Origin: an uncultured Chitinophagales bacterium
Lineage (GTDB): Bacteria > Bacteroidota > Bacteroidia > Chitinophagales > UBA8649
Assembly (NCBI GenBank): GCA_963932515.1
Contig: CAWVRT010000008.1
Location: 183-64,182 of the forward strand
Direction: 5' to 3'
Length of the DNA stretch: 64,000 bases
This document shows positions 27,533 through 38,108 of the stretch, one piece after another. Position numbers and translations under genes: made by a program. The notes beneath the pieces were generated by a model. The model was not told where the DNA came from. It saw only the letters and a list, made by a program, of their open reading frames with translations, and made no database searches. Position 1 is the first letter of the stretch, and each line of letters starts with the position of its first letter.

Positions 27533-28714
27533 ATGAATAGAATATTTCTTACAACATTAATTCTATTAATGTTATTTTTTACTGCATGCCAGGAAGAATC
27601 AAATGGATATAAAATAGAGGGTCAATTGAAAGGATTGGCAAACCAGGAAGTTATTTTAGAATTTCTAACGCCAACAGAATTACAGCAAATTGATACTATT
27701 ATTACAGATGTTGAAGGAAACTTTGTTTCTCAAGGGTCTGTTGCTGAAAAAGGATTCTATAGAATATTGAATGGTCAAAAGTTTTGGATTTTCCTTTTAG
27801 AAAATACTAAAATGAAATTAGTAGCCAATGCAGAAGATCCTAAATTGAGAGAAATTACTGTTTCTGGTTATTCTGCAGGTGAAGAATTTCAAAAAACGAT
27901 CAATTTCTTAATTGAAAAACAAGAAGAATTTGGGGTGGAGTCTAAAAAAATGCAAGAATTAATGTATAGCCAAGAAGCTACAGACGAAAGTAAAATGTTA
28001 GCTCAACAAACTTTTGAAATTTTTCAAAATGGTGTAATGGAAAACATTAGAACTAAGGTAACTAAATTAACTAGTGAATTCCCGTATTCAGCAGTTTATT
28101 TATTATCATCTTTAAATCCACAAGAAGATACGGAGTTTATTAAAAGTCAAATTGTAGAATTGGAAAAAATTACACCTAATTCTATTTACTTGAATAACAT
28201 TAAAGACATTGTAAAGAAAGTAGAAGAGCAGACTAATCAAGTTAATCTTCAACAAAAAAAAGCTCAACAGCAAGCTCAAGTTAGTAGTGAAGTAGTTGCA
28301 ACAGGAGAGGCTAAAGAAATAGTAATGAATGATTTAAAGGGAAACCCTATAAAATTGTCTAACTTAAGAGGAAAGGTAGTTTTAGTAGATTTTTGGGCAT
28401 CTTGGTGTAAGCCTTGTAGAAGAGATAATCCTAATGTTGTGAAAATGTATCACGAGTATAAAGATAAAGGATTTGATATTTTTAGTGTTTCTTTAGATAA
28501 AAGTGCTGACAAATGGGCTCAAGCAATTGCACAAGATGGTTTAGTATGGAAAAGTCATGTAAGTGACTTGAAATTTTGGAACAATGCAGCAGCTAAAGCA
28601 TGGGGTGTTTCTTCAATTCCAGCAACATTTTTATTAGATAAAGAAGGAAAAGTAATTGCTAAAAATTTAAGAGGAGCGGCTTTAGAAGCTAAACTAAAAG
28701 AGGTTTTACAGTAA
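27533..28714 (+). CDS. TlpA/AhpC-TSA family thiol-disulfide oxidoreductase lipoprotein
   Basis: Lipobox (FFTAC), a long N-terminal domain, and a thioredoxin fold with WASWCKPC. Confidence 0.85.
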   Translation: MNRIFLTTLILLMLFFTACQEESNGYKIEGQLKGLANQEVILEFLTPTELQQIDTIITDVEGNFVSQGSVAEKGFYRILNGQKFWIFLLENTKMKLVANAEDPKLREITVSGYSAGEEFQKTINFLIEKQEEFGVESKKMQELMYSQEATDESKMLAQQTFEIFQNGVMENIRTKVTKLTSEFPYSAVYLLSSLNPQEDTEFIKSQIVELEKITPNSIYLNNIKDIVKKVEEQTNQVNLQQKKAQQQAQVSSEVVATGEAKEIVMNDLKGNPIKLSNLRGKVVLVDFWASWCKPCRRDNPNVVKMYHEYKDKGFDIFSVSLDKSADKWAQAIAQDGLVWKSHVSDLKFWNNAAAKAWGVSSIPATFLLDKEGKVIAKNLRGAALEAKLKEVLQ

Positions 28715-28737
28715 TTAATGTAGATAAATAATATAGC

Positions 28738-28773
28738 AAAGCTTATTTCGTTTCAGAAATAAGCTTTTTTTTT
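28738..28773 (+). terminator. Intrinsic terminator
   Basis: Stem aaagcttatttc (28738-28749) / gaaataagcttt (28756-28767) followed by a T-run. Confidence 0.85.
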
Positions 28774-28784
28774 GTTTAAAATTT

Positions 28785-30044
28785 ATGAAATTTAAAATTA
28801 TCACTACATCCACATTAAACCTGTTCTTTAGGTTTATGACTTTAACAGCCAAAATGCTATTAAGCTTTTTTGTCTTGAAGTACATTTCCGCAGCAGATTT
28901 TGGTATTTATAATTTAATCGCTAAAACATTAACATTATCCATTGTCTTGTTGGGTATAGATTTCTACACCTATAGTAGTAGAAATATTTTACAAGGAGAC
29001 ATTGCTGAGCAAGGTCAAAAAGTAAGAGACCAATTTGCCTTTTATTTATTGAGTTATGTTGTCTTTCTACCGTTATTGTCTTTGGTTTTCTTCTTTAAAC
29101 TACTTGCTTGGGAATACATTGTTTGGTTTTATTTATTATTAATATTAGATCATTTTACTCAAGAACTATACAGGGTTTTATTAGTTTTTAAGAAACCAGT
29201 AGTAGCATCTGCTTTGTTTTTTATTAAGGTTGGTTTATGGATTCTACCATTGTTTTCACTTTGGGTTTTAGGTTATGAAAAATTTATGAATATTAAAGCC
29301 ATTTTAGGGTTTTGGACAGTTTTTGAAGTCGTTTCTATCATATTTGGATTATTCTTTTTTATGAAATTACCATTTACGATAGATTTCAAAAGAGCAATTG
29401 ATTGGAATTGGATAAAAAAAGGCCTTTTAATAAGTTTACCTTTCTTTATCGGAACAGTTGCTTCTAATGTTATTGAGTTTTCTGATATTTATATGATTAA
29501 AGGACATTTTGGACTGGAAGGAAATACACAAGTAGGTATTTATAGTTTCTTTGTGGGCATGGGTAATATTGTTCAAATGTTTGTTCAATCGGCTATATTG
29601 ATAGTTTTCGCGCCTAAACTATTAGAAAGTTTCTCAAAAGATAAATTGCAATATAAAAAGTTACATAGCCAAATGGCCAAGCAGAATATTTTAGCTAGTA
29701 TTGGTATTGCACTTCTTGTATTTGTATTTATTTATCCTTTAGTTCAATTTTTAGGTAAAACAAATATATCTGCAAATTATACACTTATCTACTTATTAGT
29801 AGGAGCGAAAGTTCTTTTTAATATATCTATGATTTACCATTATCATTTGTACGTTCGTCATCAAGATAAAAGTATTATTATTTCAATGGTTTTAGCGGCC
29901 ATTGCTAATGTTATTCTGAATTTAATACTAATCCCTATCTATGGGATTTACGGAGCAGCAATCGCAACATTTATAAGTTTTGTAATGATTTTAACATTAA
30001 AGTTTATCTTTGCAAAAAAAGTAATTAGAGAAGAAAACGCATAA
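28785..30044 (+). CDS. Oligosaccharide flippase (Wzx / MOP-superfamily polysaccharide biosynthesis protein), copy 1
   Basis: 419 aa and polytopic (about 12 predicted hydrophobic helices by eye). Its position heads a glycan locus. Confidence 0.65.
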   Translation: MKFKIITTSTLNLFFRFMTLTAKMLLSFFVLKYISAADFGIYNLIAKTLTLSIVLLGIDFYTYSSRNILQGDIAEQGQKVRDQFAFYLLSYVVFLPLLSLVFFFKLLAWEYIVWFYLLLILDHFTQELYRVLLVFKKPVVASALFFIKVGLWILPLFSLWVLGYEKFMNIKAILGFWTVFEVVSIIFGLFFFMKLPFTIDFKRAIDWNWIKKGLLISLPFFIGTVASNVIEFSDIYMIKGHFGLEGNTQVGIYSFFVGMGNIVQMFVQSAILIVFAPKLLESFSKDKLQYKKLHSQMAKQNILASIGIALLVFVFIYPLVQFLGKTNISANYTLIYLLVGAKVLFNISMIYHYHLYVRHQDKSIIISMVLAAIANVILNLILIPIYGIYGAAIATFISFVMILTLKFIFAKKVIREENA

Positions 30045-30058
30045 ATAATTTAGTAGAA

Positions 30059-31135
30059 ATGAAGATTATCACAGTATTAGGTGCAAGACCTCAATTTATT
30101 AAAGCAGGAGCAGTCAGTAGAGTGTTTGCAAACCACAAAGAGGTAGAAGAAATTATAGTACATACAGGGCAACATTACGACAAAAACATGTCAGATTATT
30201 TCTTTAATCAATTAGAAATCCCAAAGCCGAAATATATGTTGAAACTAGGGGGTAGTACACACGGTGCGATGACTGGTATGATGATAAAGGAACTGGAAGA
30301 AATATTTACCATAGAACAACCTGACTTTATGATGGTTTATGGAGATACAAATTCTACTATTGCAGGTGCTTTGGCAGCGACTAAAATGCATATTAAAGTA
30401 GTACATGTAGAAGCTGGTTTAAGAAGTTTTAATATGAATATGCCAGAAGAAGTAAATAGAATTTTAACTGATAGAATTTCTAATATTCTTTTTTGCCCAA
30501 CAGATGCAGCAATTAATAATTTGAAAAAAGAAGGTTACGATAACTTTGATATTAAAGTGGTGAAAAATGGTGATGTAATGCAAGATGCAGCTATTTTTTA
30601 TAGTCAAAAATCTCAAGAATACTCAAAAATAATTAATGAGCTAAAACTAGAAAAAGGAAAATTTGTATTAACGACTTGTCACAGAGCAGAAAACACAGAT
30701 GATAAAGATAGATTAACGAATATTTTTGCTGCTTTAGATGAAATAAATAAAGAAACGCAAGTTCTACTACCATTGCATCCTAGAACAAAAAACTATTTAG
30801 CAAAATTTGGCATTAAAACAGCTATTACCTTAATAGACCCAGTGAATTATTTTGACATGATAGAGTTGTTGAAAAATTGTAAAATGGTAGCAACAGATAG
30901 TGGTGGTTTACAAAAAGAAGCTTTTTTCTTTGAAAAACCGTGTATTACGATGAGAGACGAAACGGAATGGGTAGAGTTGATAGAAGGGGGGTATAATACT
31001 TTAGCAGGAGCAGACAAGCAAAAAATAGTAACTGCTTATAATAATTGCGACTCGTTTACCAAAAACTATAAAGTAAATCTATACGGAAAAGGAAAAGCAA
31101 GTGAAAGAATATTAGAAGAATTATTGAAGGTGTAA
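30059..31135 (+). CDS. wecB: UDP-N-acetylglucosamine 2-epimerase (non-hydrolysing)
   Basis: Motifs VLGARPQFIK, HVEAGLRS and DSGGLQKEA. Confidence 0.9.
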   Translation: MKIITVLGARPQFIKAGAVSRVFANHKEVEEIIVHTGQHYDKNMSDYFFNQLEIPKPKYMLKLGGSTHGAMTGMMIKELEEIFTIEQPDFMMVYGDTNSTIAGALAATKMHIKVVHVEAGLRSFNMNMPEEVNRILTDRISNILFCPTDAAINNLKKEGYDNFDIKVVKNGDVMQDAAIFYSQKSQEYSKIINELKLEKGKFVLTTCHRAENTDDKDRLTNIFAALDEINKETQVLLPLHPRTKNYLAKFGIKTAITLIDPVNYFDMIELLKNCKMVATDSGGLQKEAFFFEKPCITMRDETEWVELIEGGYNTLAGADKQKIVTAYNNCDSFTKNYKVNLYGKGKASERILEELLKV

Positions 31136-31268
31136 AAAACTAAATTAATGTTTAATACTTAAAATAGTTTTAAATTGAAGAAAGAAAAATTAGTCGATTT
31201 AAATCATTGTATATAAGGGTTTGTCGTTAATAAGCTAATGTAAAACGCGTTAATAATTTCATTCTTCA

Positions 31269-31276
31269 TATATTTG
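31269..31276 (+). promoter_or_regulatory. Candidate internal -7 promoter box (TATATTTG)
   Basis: Matches TAnnTTTG, 49 nt upstream of the TTG start at 31325, within the only sizeable gap (189 bp) inside the glycan locus. Confidence 0.35.
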
Positions 31277-31324
31277 TAAAAAAAAATCACAATCATAACT
31301 TTATTGTAAAAAAGAAATACATTT

Positions 31325-32611
31325 TTGAATATAAAAAAAAGCATAAAATCAGTTTCATTCCTATTGACTGCCGCCTTGTTTGGTAGTGGGAGTACTTTTA
31401 TTATAAACATGATAATAGCTAGAAATCTAGGCAGTGAAAGCTACGGAGCTTTTTCTTCTGCGATGGCTACAGTTCTGGTGTTCTCTATTTTTGCAAGTTT
31501 TGGTGTTTCTCAAGTTTGGTTAAAACTATTTGGTGAAGAAGGTTATGTTGGAATTCGTTGGATAAAACCTTCATTAAAATTCATTACTATTAATTTAATA
31601 ATTACCAGTTTTTCTCTGGCTTTGTGGGCCTTTTTTGGACCTCATGCAGAGCAGACTAAGCTAATGCTTTTGATCATGATTATGCATATATATGGGTATG
31701 TAGCGGTCTTGTTAGTTGCAGCAAAATTTCAATTAGAAGAAAAATATCAAGTATTATCTTTTTGGCAATTATTACCAAATATTTCTAGGTTATTAGCTGT
31801 CTTTATTGGGTTTTATATCTTTGATAAGTCTTTGAGTATTCTAGACATATCAGTTATTTATGGCATTATAGGGTTTGTGTTTTTTGTAATAGGAGCTTAT
31901 TTGCTTTATCATATGCAAAAAGGGCAATTTAATCCAGCCGGACATAAAGAAAACAATAATCCAGGGCATTTAGTAAATCCTAAAACAAAAGAACTATTTT
32001 TTGAAGCTTTACCATTTGGTTTAGGCGGTATATTTGCTTTTGTTTTTGTACAAAGTGACATTATCATGTTGAAGTATATTTCTGGTAATGTAGAAGCTGG
32101 TTTGTATGCAGCTGCTTTTGTAATTATTAATGCTATTTATTTGATTCCTAATATTTTGTATAGTAAATTTTTAATGCCAAAATTTCACCGGTGGGCAAAC
32201 CATGATAGAAAAAAGTTTTATGAAACCTATAAAAAAGGGAATGTTTTTATGCTTTCAATTGGTATCGTTTTTACTTTGGGAATTTTACTTCTAGCTGATT
32301 TTTTTATACCCTTAATTTTTGGTGAAGACTATATTAATTCTATTCCATTATTAAAGGTTTTATCGCTAACTATTCCAGTTATTTTTATGGGATATAGTGT
32401 TTCGGCTACTTTAGTAACTAAAGACAATATGAAAAAGAAAGTTGTTTATATGGGAATCGTTGCCTTATTAAATATTTGCTTAAATTCGTTGTTAATACCA
32501 ATTTTCCAATCTAAAGGAGCTGCATATGCAACTATATTTACTAACTTAATTCTTATTGGTATTTATTATTTAGCGAATAATAAGTATGTTTTTAATGATG
32601 ACAATTTATAA
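31325..32611 (+). CDS. Oligosaccharide flippase (Wzx-like), copy 2
   Basis: 428 aa and polytopic. The N-terminal IINMIIARNLGSESYG matches the common Wzx N-terminal pattern (iaRxLGxexyG). TTG start. Confidence 0.7.
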   Translation: MNIKKSIKSVSFLLTAALFGSGSTFIINMIIARNLGSESYGAFSSAMATVLVFSIFASFGVSQVWLKLFGEEGYVGIRWIKPSLKFITINLIITSFSLALWAFFGPHAEQTKLMLLIMIMHIYGYVAVLLVAAKFQLEEKYQVLSFWQLLPNISRLLAVFIGFYIFDKSLSILDISVIYGIIGFVFFVIGAYLLYHMQKGQFNPAGHKENNNPGHLVNPKTKELFFEALPFGLGGIFAFVFVQSDIIMLKYISGNVEAGLYAAAFVIINAIYLIPNILYSKFLMPKFHRWANHDRKKFYETYKKGNVFMLSIGIVFTLGILLLADFFIPLIFGEDYINSIPLLKVLSLTIPVIFMGYSVSATLVTKDNMKKKVVYMGIVALLNICLNSLLIPIFQSKGAAYATIFTNLILIGIYYLANNKYVFNDDNL

Positions 32612-32614
32612 TAA

Positions 32615-33706
32615 ATGAAGAATAATATCATACTTGATGATTTTGAAAAATTCTTACTAGAAAATAATTGTTCTTTTGACAAGGATTTTAATTTAAAATA
32701 TAGTGCTTATTTTAAAATGGGTGGGAATGTAAAACTCTTTCTTAGACCCGAAAGTATCGTTGAGTTGGTATTGGTAAGGAAATATCTTTCTAAAAATGAT
32801 ATTCAGTATAAAACAATTGGTTTTACAACGAATACACTCTTTTTAGATGAATTAGAATATTCAGTACTTATTTCTACTAAAAGTTTAAATAAATTAACGG
32901 TAGAAAATTCTATTATTCAAGTAGAAGCTGGTTATTCTCTACAAGATATGGTGCGAGTAGCTGTCATAAATCAAGCAAAAGGTTTTGATGGCTTAGAAGG
33001 GATTCCTGCAAGTATTGGTGGAGCCATTTTTATGAATGCAGGCGCTTACGGCAGTAGTATTTCTGACTATTTGATAAATATTGAGTGTTTAGACGAGCAT
33101 GATAACTTAATCACTTTAGATAAAGAGATTTGCAACTTTTCTTATCGAGATTCTATCTTTAAAACCGGTAAGTATCTAATTCTAAGAGCTTCATTTCTAT
33201 TAACAAAAGGAGATCCTATTTCTATTGCTAGAAATATAGAAATATACCATATTGCTAGACATTCATATCAAGAATTTGTATATCCAACCTTAGGAAGTAT
33301 GATTTCTATGAGAGAAGATACTTACTTGAATATTATGAAAGATGACAAGTTTTATGTTTATAAATTTTGGCTGTTAAAGTATTTATATAAGAACCCTGTA
33401 GTAAAGTTATTTCATAGAAAAAGTCCACATAAAACAGTCTTCAATAATTTATTGAGTAAGTTTTTGAGTACAAAAAAGGGAATCAATCTCAAATACAACT
33501 TCTCAATAAAGAATGTCAATATTTTAAAAAATGATGGAACATTGACAGGAAAGGAATTGGTAGATTATATTTTCTTAATCCATGATTTGATAGATGGAAA
33601 TTATAATATTGAAAATGAAATAATAATTTCTCCAATTTTTGCAGTAAAAGAAGATTTTAAGGAAGATTATCAGTTGATTTTAGAGAAATTAAAACATGGA
33701 AAATGA
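32615..33706 (+). CDS. MurB-like FAD-dependent reductase (UDP-N-acetylenolpyruvoylglucosamine reductase paralog)
   Basis: YFKMGGNVKLFLRP, GIPASIGGAIFMNAGAYG, FSYRDSIF and a MurB-C-terminal-like end (ILKNDGTLTGKELVDYIFLIHDLI). GFTTNTLF replaces the usual GxGSNxL. Confidence 0.7.
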   Translation: MKNNIILDDFEKFLLENNCSFDKDFNLKYSAYFKMGGNVKLFLRPESIVELVLVRKYLSKNDIQYKTIGFTTNTLFLDELEYSVLISTKSLNKLTVENSIIQVEAGYSLQDMVRVAVINQAKGFDGLEGIPASIGGAIFMNAGAYGSSISDYLINIECLDEHDNLITLDKEICNFSYRDSIFKTGKYLILRASFLLTKGDPISIARNIEIYHIARHSYQEFVYPTLGSMISMREDTYLNIMKDDKFYVYKFWLLKYLYKNPVVKLFHRKSPHKTVFNNLLSKFLSTKKGINLKYNFSIKNVNILKNDGTLTGKELVDYIFLIHDLIDGNYNIENEIIISPIFAVKEDFKEDYQLILEKLKHGK

Positions 33707-34809
33707 AAATAGGTTTACTTACAATTTTTAAGTCAACAAACTACGGTGCTGTTTTACAAGCATATGCTACGAAAAAGGCGTTTTCAAAATATGGTGAGGT
33801 AAAATTGATTAACTATAATACGAGTTATCTTTCTAACACTTTTAAATTATTGCGATTTAATTTTTCAGTGCATGGCATTAAGATGTTAGTACATGATTTG
33901 TTGAGATTGCCTTATAGTTTAAGCTTGTTTTATAAGTTTAAAGTCTTTATAAGAAATAATTTATCTCCCACTAAGCCATTCACTCAGAAAGAATTAGCAC
34001 ATGGGAAAGCAAAGGAGTTTAAAGTACTTGTTTGTGGTAGTGATCAGATTTGGAATCCTGATGTCGTAAATAAAGATGGTGAATTTGATGCTACTTATTA
34101 CCTTTCATTTGGAACAAAAGAACAAAAAAAAATATCGTTTGCTTCTAGTATAGGGCATCATATTTTTACAACAAAAGAAAAGGCTATAGTTAAAGATGTT
34201 TTAAATGATTTTTCAAATATTTCTATTAGAGAAAAAGATGGTGTAGCTAAAATTAAAGAAGTTTTTCCAAATAGAAAAGTAGCCCATATCAATGATCCAA
34301 CTTTACTTTTGTCTAAAGAGGAATGGTTAGAAACTTTTCATATTCAAGAAGATAAAAATGCCGAAGATTATATTTTAGTTTATTCTGTTCCTCATTCAGA
34401 TTTAATGAAAAAAGCTGTTAAGTATTTTTCAGAAAAGTTTAAAATTAAAGTAGTTTCTATCGATAAAATGTTGCTTTCCTTTACAAAAACGGATAAACAA
34501 GTTAGAAATGCTGGGCCAAAAGAGTTTCTTAAACTATTTGCAGATGCTAAATTTGTAATTACAGATTCATTCCATGGAACTTGCTTTTCTGTGAATTTTG
34601 CTAAACCTTTCGTCACTATTTCTCCTGGAAAAAAATCTAATAGAATTTCTAGTTTATTATCTATTTTAGAATTAGAACAACATTTGGTTAGTTCAGAGAA
34701 AGAATTTGAAAGTATTGCCCCATCTTTAGATTATAAAACGGCTCATGTCGCATTGGAAAATATAAGAAAAGAATCTAAACAGTTTATTAAAGAAGCAATG
34801 GAATCATAA
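33703..34809 (+). CDS. Polysaccharide pyruvyl transferase family protein
   Basis: N-terminal MKIGLLTIFKSTNYGAVLQAYA, the later LVCGSDQIWNP, and ITDSFHG. The start overlaps the upstream stop (ATGA). Confidence 0.75.
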   Translation: MKIGLLTIFKSTNYGAVLQAYATKKAFSKYGEVKLINYNTSYLSNTFKLLRFNFSVHGIKMLVHDLLRLPYSLSLFYKFKVFIRNNLSPTKPFTQKELAHGKAKEFKVLVCGSDQIWNPDVVNKDGEFDATYYLSFGTKEQKKISFASSIGHHIFTTKEKAIVKDVLNDFSNISIREKDGVAKIKEVFPNRKVAHINDPTLLLSKEEWLETFHIQEDKNAEDYILVYSVPHSDLMKKAVKYFSEKFKIKVVSIDKMLLSFTKTDKQVRNAGPKEFLKLFADAKFVITDSFHGTCFSVNFAKPFVTISPGKKSNRISSLLSILELEQHLVSSEKEFESIAPSLDYKTAHVALENIRKESKQFIKEAMES

Positions 34810-34907
34810 TTTTATTTTTTATTTAGAGAGCCAATCCAATTTCTCTATGGTGAATAGCATTTGGCTATCATTTTCTTAAGTAAAAAAAAAGCTTTACTTT
34901 TGCTTTT

Positions 34908-35639
34908 ATGAATAATTCTTTTATTACCTATTTTAGAAAAAAAATCTTAATTATATTCCTTTTTTCAATCGTTTCTATAGTGGTTTTTGTGCTATTTTCA
35001 ACGGTTTTTAGTGATAAATACAAAGTAGAACTATTTGGCTATTCAACAATATTTGAGACTTCTCATAATAAATCAAATATCAATGTCATCAATAGTTTAA
35101 TTTCTGAGAATAATTTTGATTTATTAGCTAAGGAAATGAATTTAGAGAAAGAAATAGTTCAAGACCTTAGAAAAATTGATTATTTCGATTTAATTTCAAA
35201 AGAAAAAATACATTTTAAAATGCTAGTAGTTTCTAGAACTAATAATCATTTTGAAGACTATACAAAAGGCTTAGTTTACTTTTTTAATAATTACGGCAGG
35301 AGTAAAGCGCTTTATGAAGCAGAGAAAACGAAATTAAATAGTTTAATTTTATTTAAAACGAATGAAATTGAAATTATCGAAAATAGCATTAAAAATGTAA
35401 AAGGATTTGAGTTAGATAGTGATTTGTTTATTGGAAAAAACGAATTAAAAAACGAATTGGAAGATATTAAGCTAGACCTTTTGAATGTTAACGGGCTAAA
35501 TTTCTTGAATAATCCTATTGTTCCAACTAATGCATATTTTCCAAACCAAAGACTATTTGGTATTATTGGGTTTGTACTAGGTTTTTTATTTGTCTTTATT
35601 TTTTACTTAATAAAATATGAGTTGAAAAAATCTAAATAA
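34908..35639 (+). CDS. Short Wzz-like chain-length-determinant (polysaccharide co-polymerase) candidate
   Basis: 243 aa with an N-terminal TM, a coiled central region, and a Pro-containing segment (NNPIVPTNAYFPNQ) before a C-terminal TM. This is the PCP topology, but the call rests on topology only. Confidence 0.5.
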   Translation: MNNSFITYFRKKILIIFLFSIVSIVVFVLFSTVFSDKYKVELFGYSTIFETSHNKSNINVINSLISENNFDLLAKEMNLEKEIVQDLRKIDYFDLISKEKIHFKMLVVSRTNNHFEDYTKGLVYFFNNYGRSKALYEAEKTKLNSLILFKTNEIEIIENSIKNVKGFELDSDLFIGKNELKNELEDIKLDLLNVNGLNFLNNPIVPTNAYFPNQRLFGIIGFVLGFLFVFIFYLIKYELKKSK

Positions 35640-36925
35640 TGAGTCAACGAATTGTTTTTTTTGATAAGCTTATTTTTTTTATTTTTTACTGCTTATTAAT
35701 AGTAGATTCTATTAATGGATTTTTATTGACAAGTGGTGTCAGTATAAGTTTATCACAGATCGTTAAGACTCCTTTATTAGTATTGATGTTGTATAGAACA
35801 TTAATGCTTAACAGAAAATATTTCATACATATTTTAGTCATTCTTTTTATACTCTTATTTTCGGTTGCTATTAATTATTTTAAACTAGGAATTATTAACA
35901 TAGCTAAGGAATTTGTAATAATCACTAAACTTTTAATTATTCCAGTTTCTGTTTATTATTTTGTCGAAATTTCAAAATTAGACTTTAGAAACTATCTTAA
36001 AATTATTACTAGAATTTTCATTATTTCCTTCTTTATAATATTTGTAAATATTGCTTTAGGAGTGCTTGGTTTTGGTTTTGATCAATATACAGGTGGTATT
36101 GGTAAAAAAGGCTTCTTTTATGCAGGAAATGAATTATCTATTTTATATGTAGTAATCTATTCAGCATTAATGTACATCATTTTCAATAGGTTTTCAAAAT
36201 GGAAATATTTTATATTTGCGACCATTGGGTTTTTTGTAGGCCTTTTTATCTCTACAAAAGTTAGCATGCTGAGTATTATCATATTAACCTTTATGATTCC
36301 TCTATTGTCTACCAAATGGCAAATTACAACAAAAAAAGCATTGGCACTTTTTTTTTCAGTCGGAGGTCTATTTTTTATCCTAACTCTTATTTCAAATTTT
36401 TTAGAGGATATTGGCTTCTTCGATAAGTGGGTATATTTCCTGAGGTATTATGATTACAATTATGTGTCTATTATCTTATCAGGAAGAGACCGTTTCTTAG
36501 CTGATGCGGTAGAAATGAGTTTAAGTTTTAAAAGTGAATTTCATATATTATTTGGCTATAGTTTTGAAGGCTTCATGCAATTGTTTGAACAAAACTCCAT
36601 GAAAAAAGCACATAGTATAGAAATGGATTTTTTCGATTTATATTTCTTCTATGGACTATTTGGTTTGTTAGCTGTTCTAAGTGTTTGGTTTTATAGTATT
36701 TATTATTACTTAGCAAATAAAAACGACAATAAAGTTATTTTTTTTACTGTAATATTAATTTTGATTATTTCATTTCTTTCTGGCCATGTGTTGTACTCTG
36801 GGTTGAGTGGTCCTTTTGTTGGGTTATATCTATCTTTACTTTTTCAAAAAGAAATATTTATCAATGAATATTCAAACCTTAATGCTTTTTCCTTTCGGAA
36901 TACTAAAAATACTAAAACTAAGTAG
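35639..36925 (+). CDS. Wzy-like O-antigen polymerase candidate (polytopic membrane protein)
   Basis: 428 aa with about 10 or more hydrophobic helices and a larger loop. The start overlaps the upstream stop (TAATG). Confidence 0.55.
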   Translation: MSQRIVFFDKLIFFIFYCLLIVDSINGFLLTSGVSISLSQIVKTPLLVLMLYRTLMLNRKYFIHILVILFILLFSVAINYFKLGIINIAKEFVIITKLLIIPVSVYYFVEISKLDFRNYLKIITRIFIISFFIIFVNIALGVLGFGFDQYTGGIGKKGFFYAGNELSILYVVIYSALMYIIFNRFSKWKYFIFATIGFFVGLFISTKVSMLSIIILTFMIPLLSTKWQITTKKALALFFSVGGLFFILTLISNFLEDIGFFDKWVYFLRYYDYNYVSIILSGRDRFLADAVEMSLSFKSEFHILFGYSFEGFMQLFEQNSMKKAHSIEMDFFDLYFFYGLFGLLAVLSVWFYSIYYYLANKNDNKVIFFTVILILIISFLSGHVLYSGLSGPFVGLYLSLLFQKEIFINEYSNLNAFSFRNTKNTKTK

Positions 36926-37043
36926 AATTAGTCATTTGTTCATCGGAGTTTGATTGAAACTATATCTTTTTTTGTTATTATTCTTTTATTGATTTATGTT
37001 TACCTTTGTTTTTTATAAAGGAATAAATAATTAAAAATATTCA

Positions 37044-38108
37044 GTGAAAATTGCTTTTATCTCAAACATGTACCCCACAAATGAATTTCCAGTGTTTGGT
37101 GTGTTTGTAAAAAATTTAGAAATTCTTTTAGAAAAAAGAGGGGTAGAGATTATTTCTAAAAGTTATATAAAAGGTAGAAGAAGTTCTATTAAAAAGTTTT
37201 TAGCTTATGTAAAATTTTATATTTCTATCATTAAAAGCTTCTTCACTCGAAATATCGACTTCTATTATATTCATTTTCCTTTACAAAGTAGTTTAATCAT
37301 CAATTTTCTATTATTATTTTTCAATAAAAAAATAATATTGAATATACATGGCAGTGAATTGAGTGAGAAATCATTCTTTTATAATAGTTTCTTGAAATTA
37401 TTAAAAAAAGTAGATCTAATTATCGTGCCTTCCTCTTTCTATAAAAATCTTTTATGTAAATCCTTTCAGATCATTGATGCTAAGATATTTGTTTATCCTT
37501 CAGGTGGCGTAAATCAAGCTGTATTTAAGCCATTAAATAAAAGTGATTTAAGAACAAAGTATAAGCTTGACAATAACTTCTTTATTTGTTCCTACATATC
37601 TTCCATTATCAAAGAAAAAGGCTGGGAAACGTTCTATTTAGCTTCTCAAATTTTAATTGAAAAGAATACTAATATCCATTTTGTAGTCGTAGGTAATGGT
37701 GCAGATGAGAGAATTTTTAAAGCTAAAGTTTCAAATAATAATTTAACTTCTTACTATACGTTTTTTGATAGAGCAGAACAATCAGTTTTACCTGAATTTT
37801 TCAATTTGTCAGATCTTTTTATTTTTCCTACACACAAAGAAAGTTTAGGTCTAGTTGGATTAGAGGCGTTATCTTGTGGAATTCCTGTTTTAGCTAGTCA
37901 TATTGGTGCTACCCAACAATATATCGAAGAAGGAAAAAATGGTTATTTATTCGAATTGAAAAACGAAAAAGAGTTAGCTGAAAAAATTAATATTGTTTGG
38001 AAAAAAGATAATTTAAAACTTTTAAAAGAAAACGCTTTACTTTCTTCCATAAAATTTGAAAGTGAGTTTTGTACAAATTTATTATTAGAAAAGTTAAAAG
38101 AAATTTAA
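37044..38108 (+). CDS. Glycosyltransferase family 4 (GT-B)
   Basis: C-terminal ESLGLVGLEALSCGIPVLAS...G.NGYLF pattern. GTG start. Confidence 0.8.
   Translation: MKIAFISNMYPTNEFPVFGVFVKNLEILLEKRGVEIISKSYIKGRRSSIKKFLAYVKFYISIIKSFFTRNIDFYYIHFPLQSSLIINFLLLFFNKKIILNIHGSELSEKSFFYNSFLKLLKKVDLIIVPSSFYKNLLCKSFQIIDAKIFVYPSGGVNQAVFKPLNKSDLRTKYKLDNNFFICSYISSIIKEKGWETFYLASQILIEKNTNIHFVVVGNGADERIFKAKVSNNNLTSYYTFFDRAEQSVLPEFFNLSDLFIFPTHKESLGLVGLEALSCGIPVLASHIGATQQYIEEGKNGYLFELKNEKELAEKINIVWKKDNLKLLKENALLSSIKFESEFCTNLLLEKLKEI

Noticed and set aside
31204-31410. Small ORFs in AT-rich intergenic DNA: 31204-31410 (-), 11521-11721 (-), 10527-10760 (+), 16011-16226 (-), 21262-21462 (+), 9 kb (8939-9148 +) and 20189-20443 (+).
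   Set aside because: They span gene boundaries or promoter regions, give hydrophobic low-complexity translations, and have no recognisable family.
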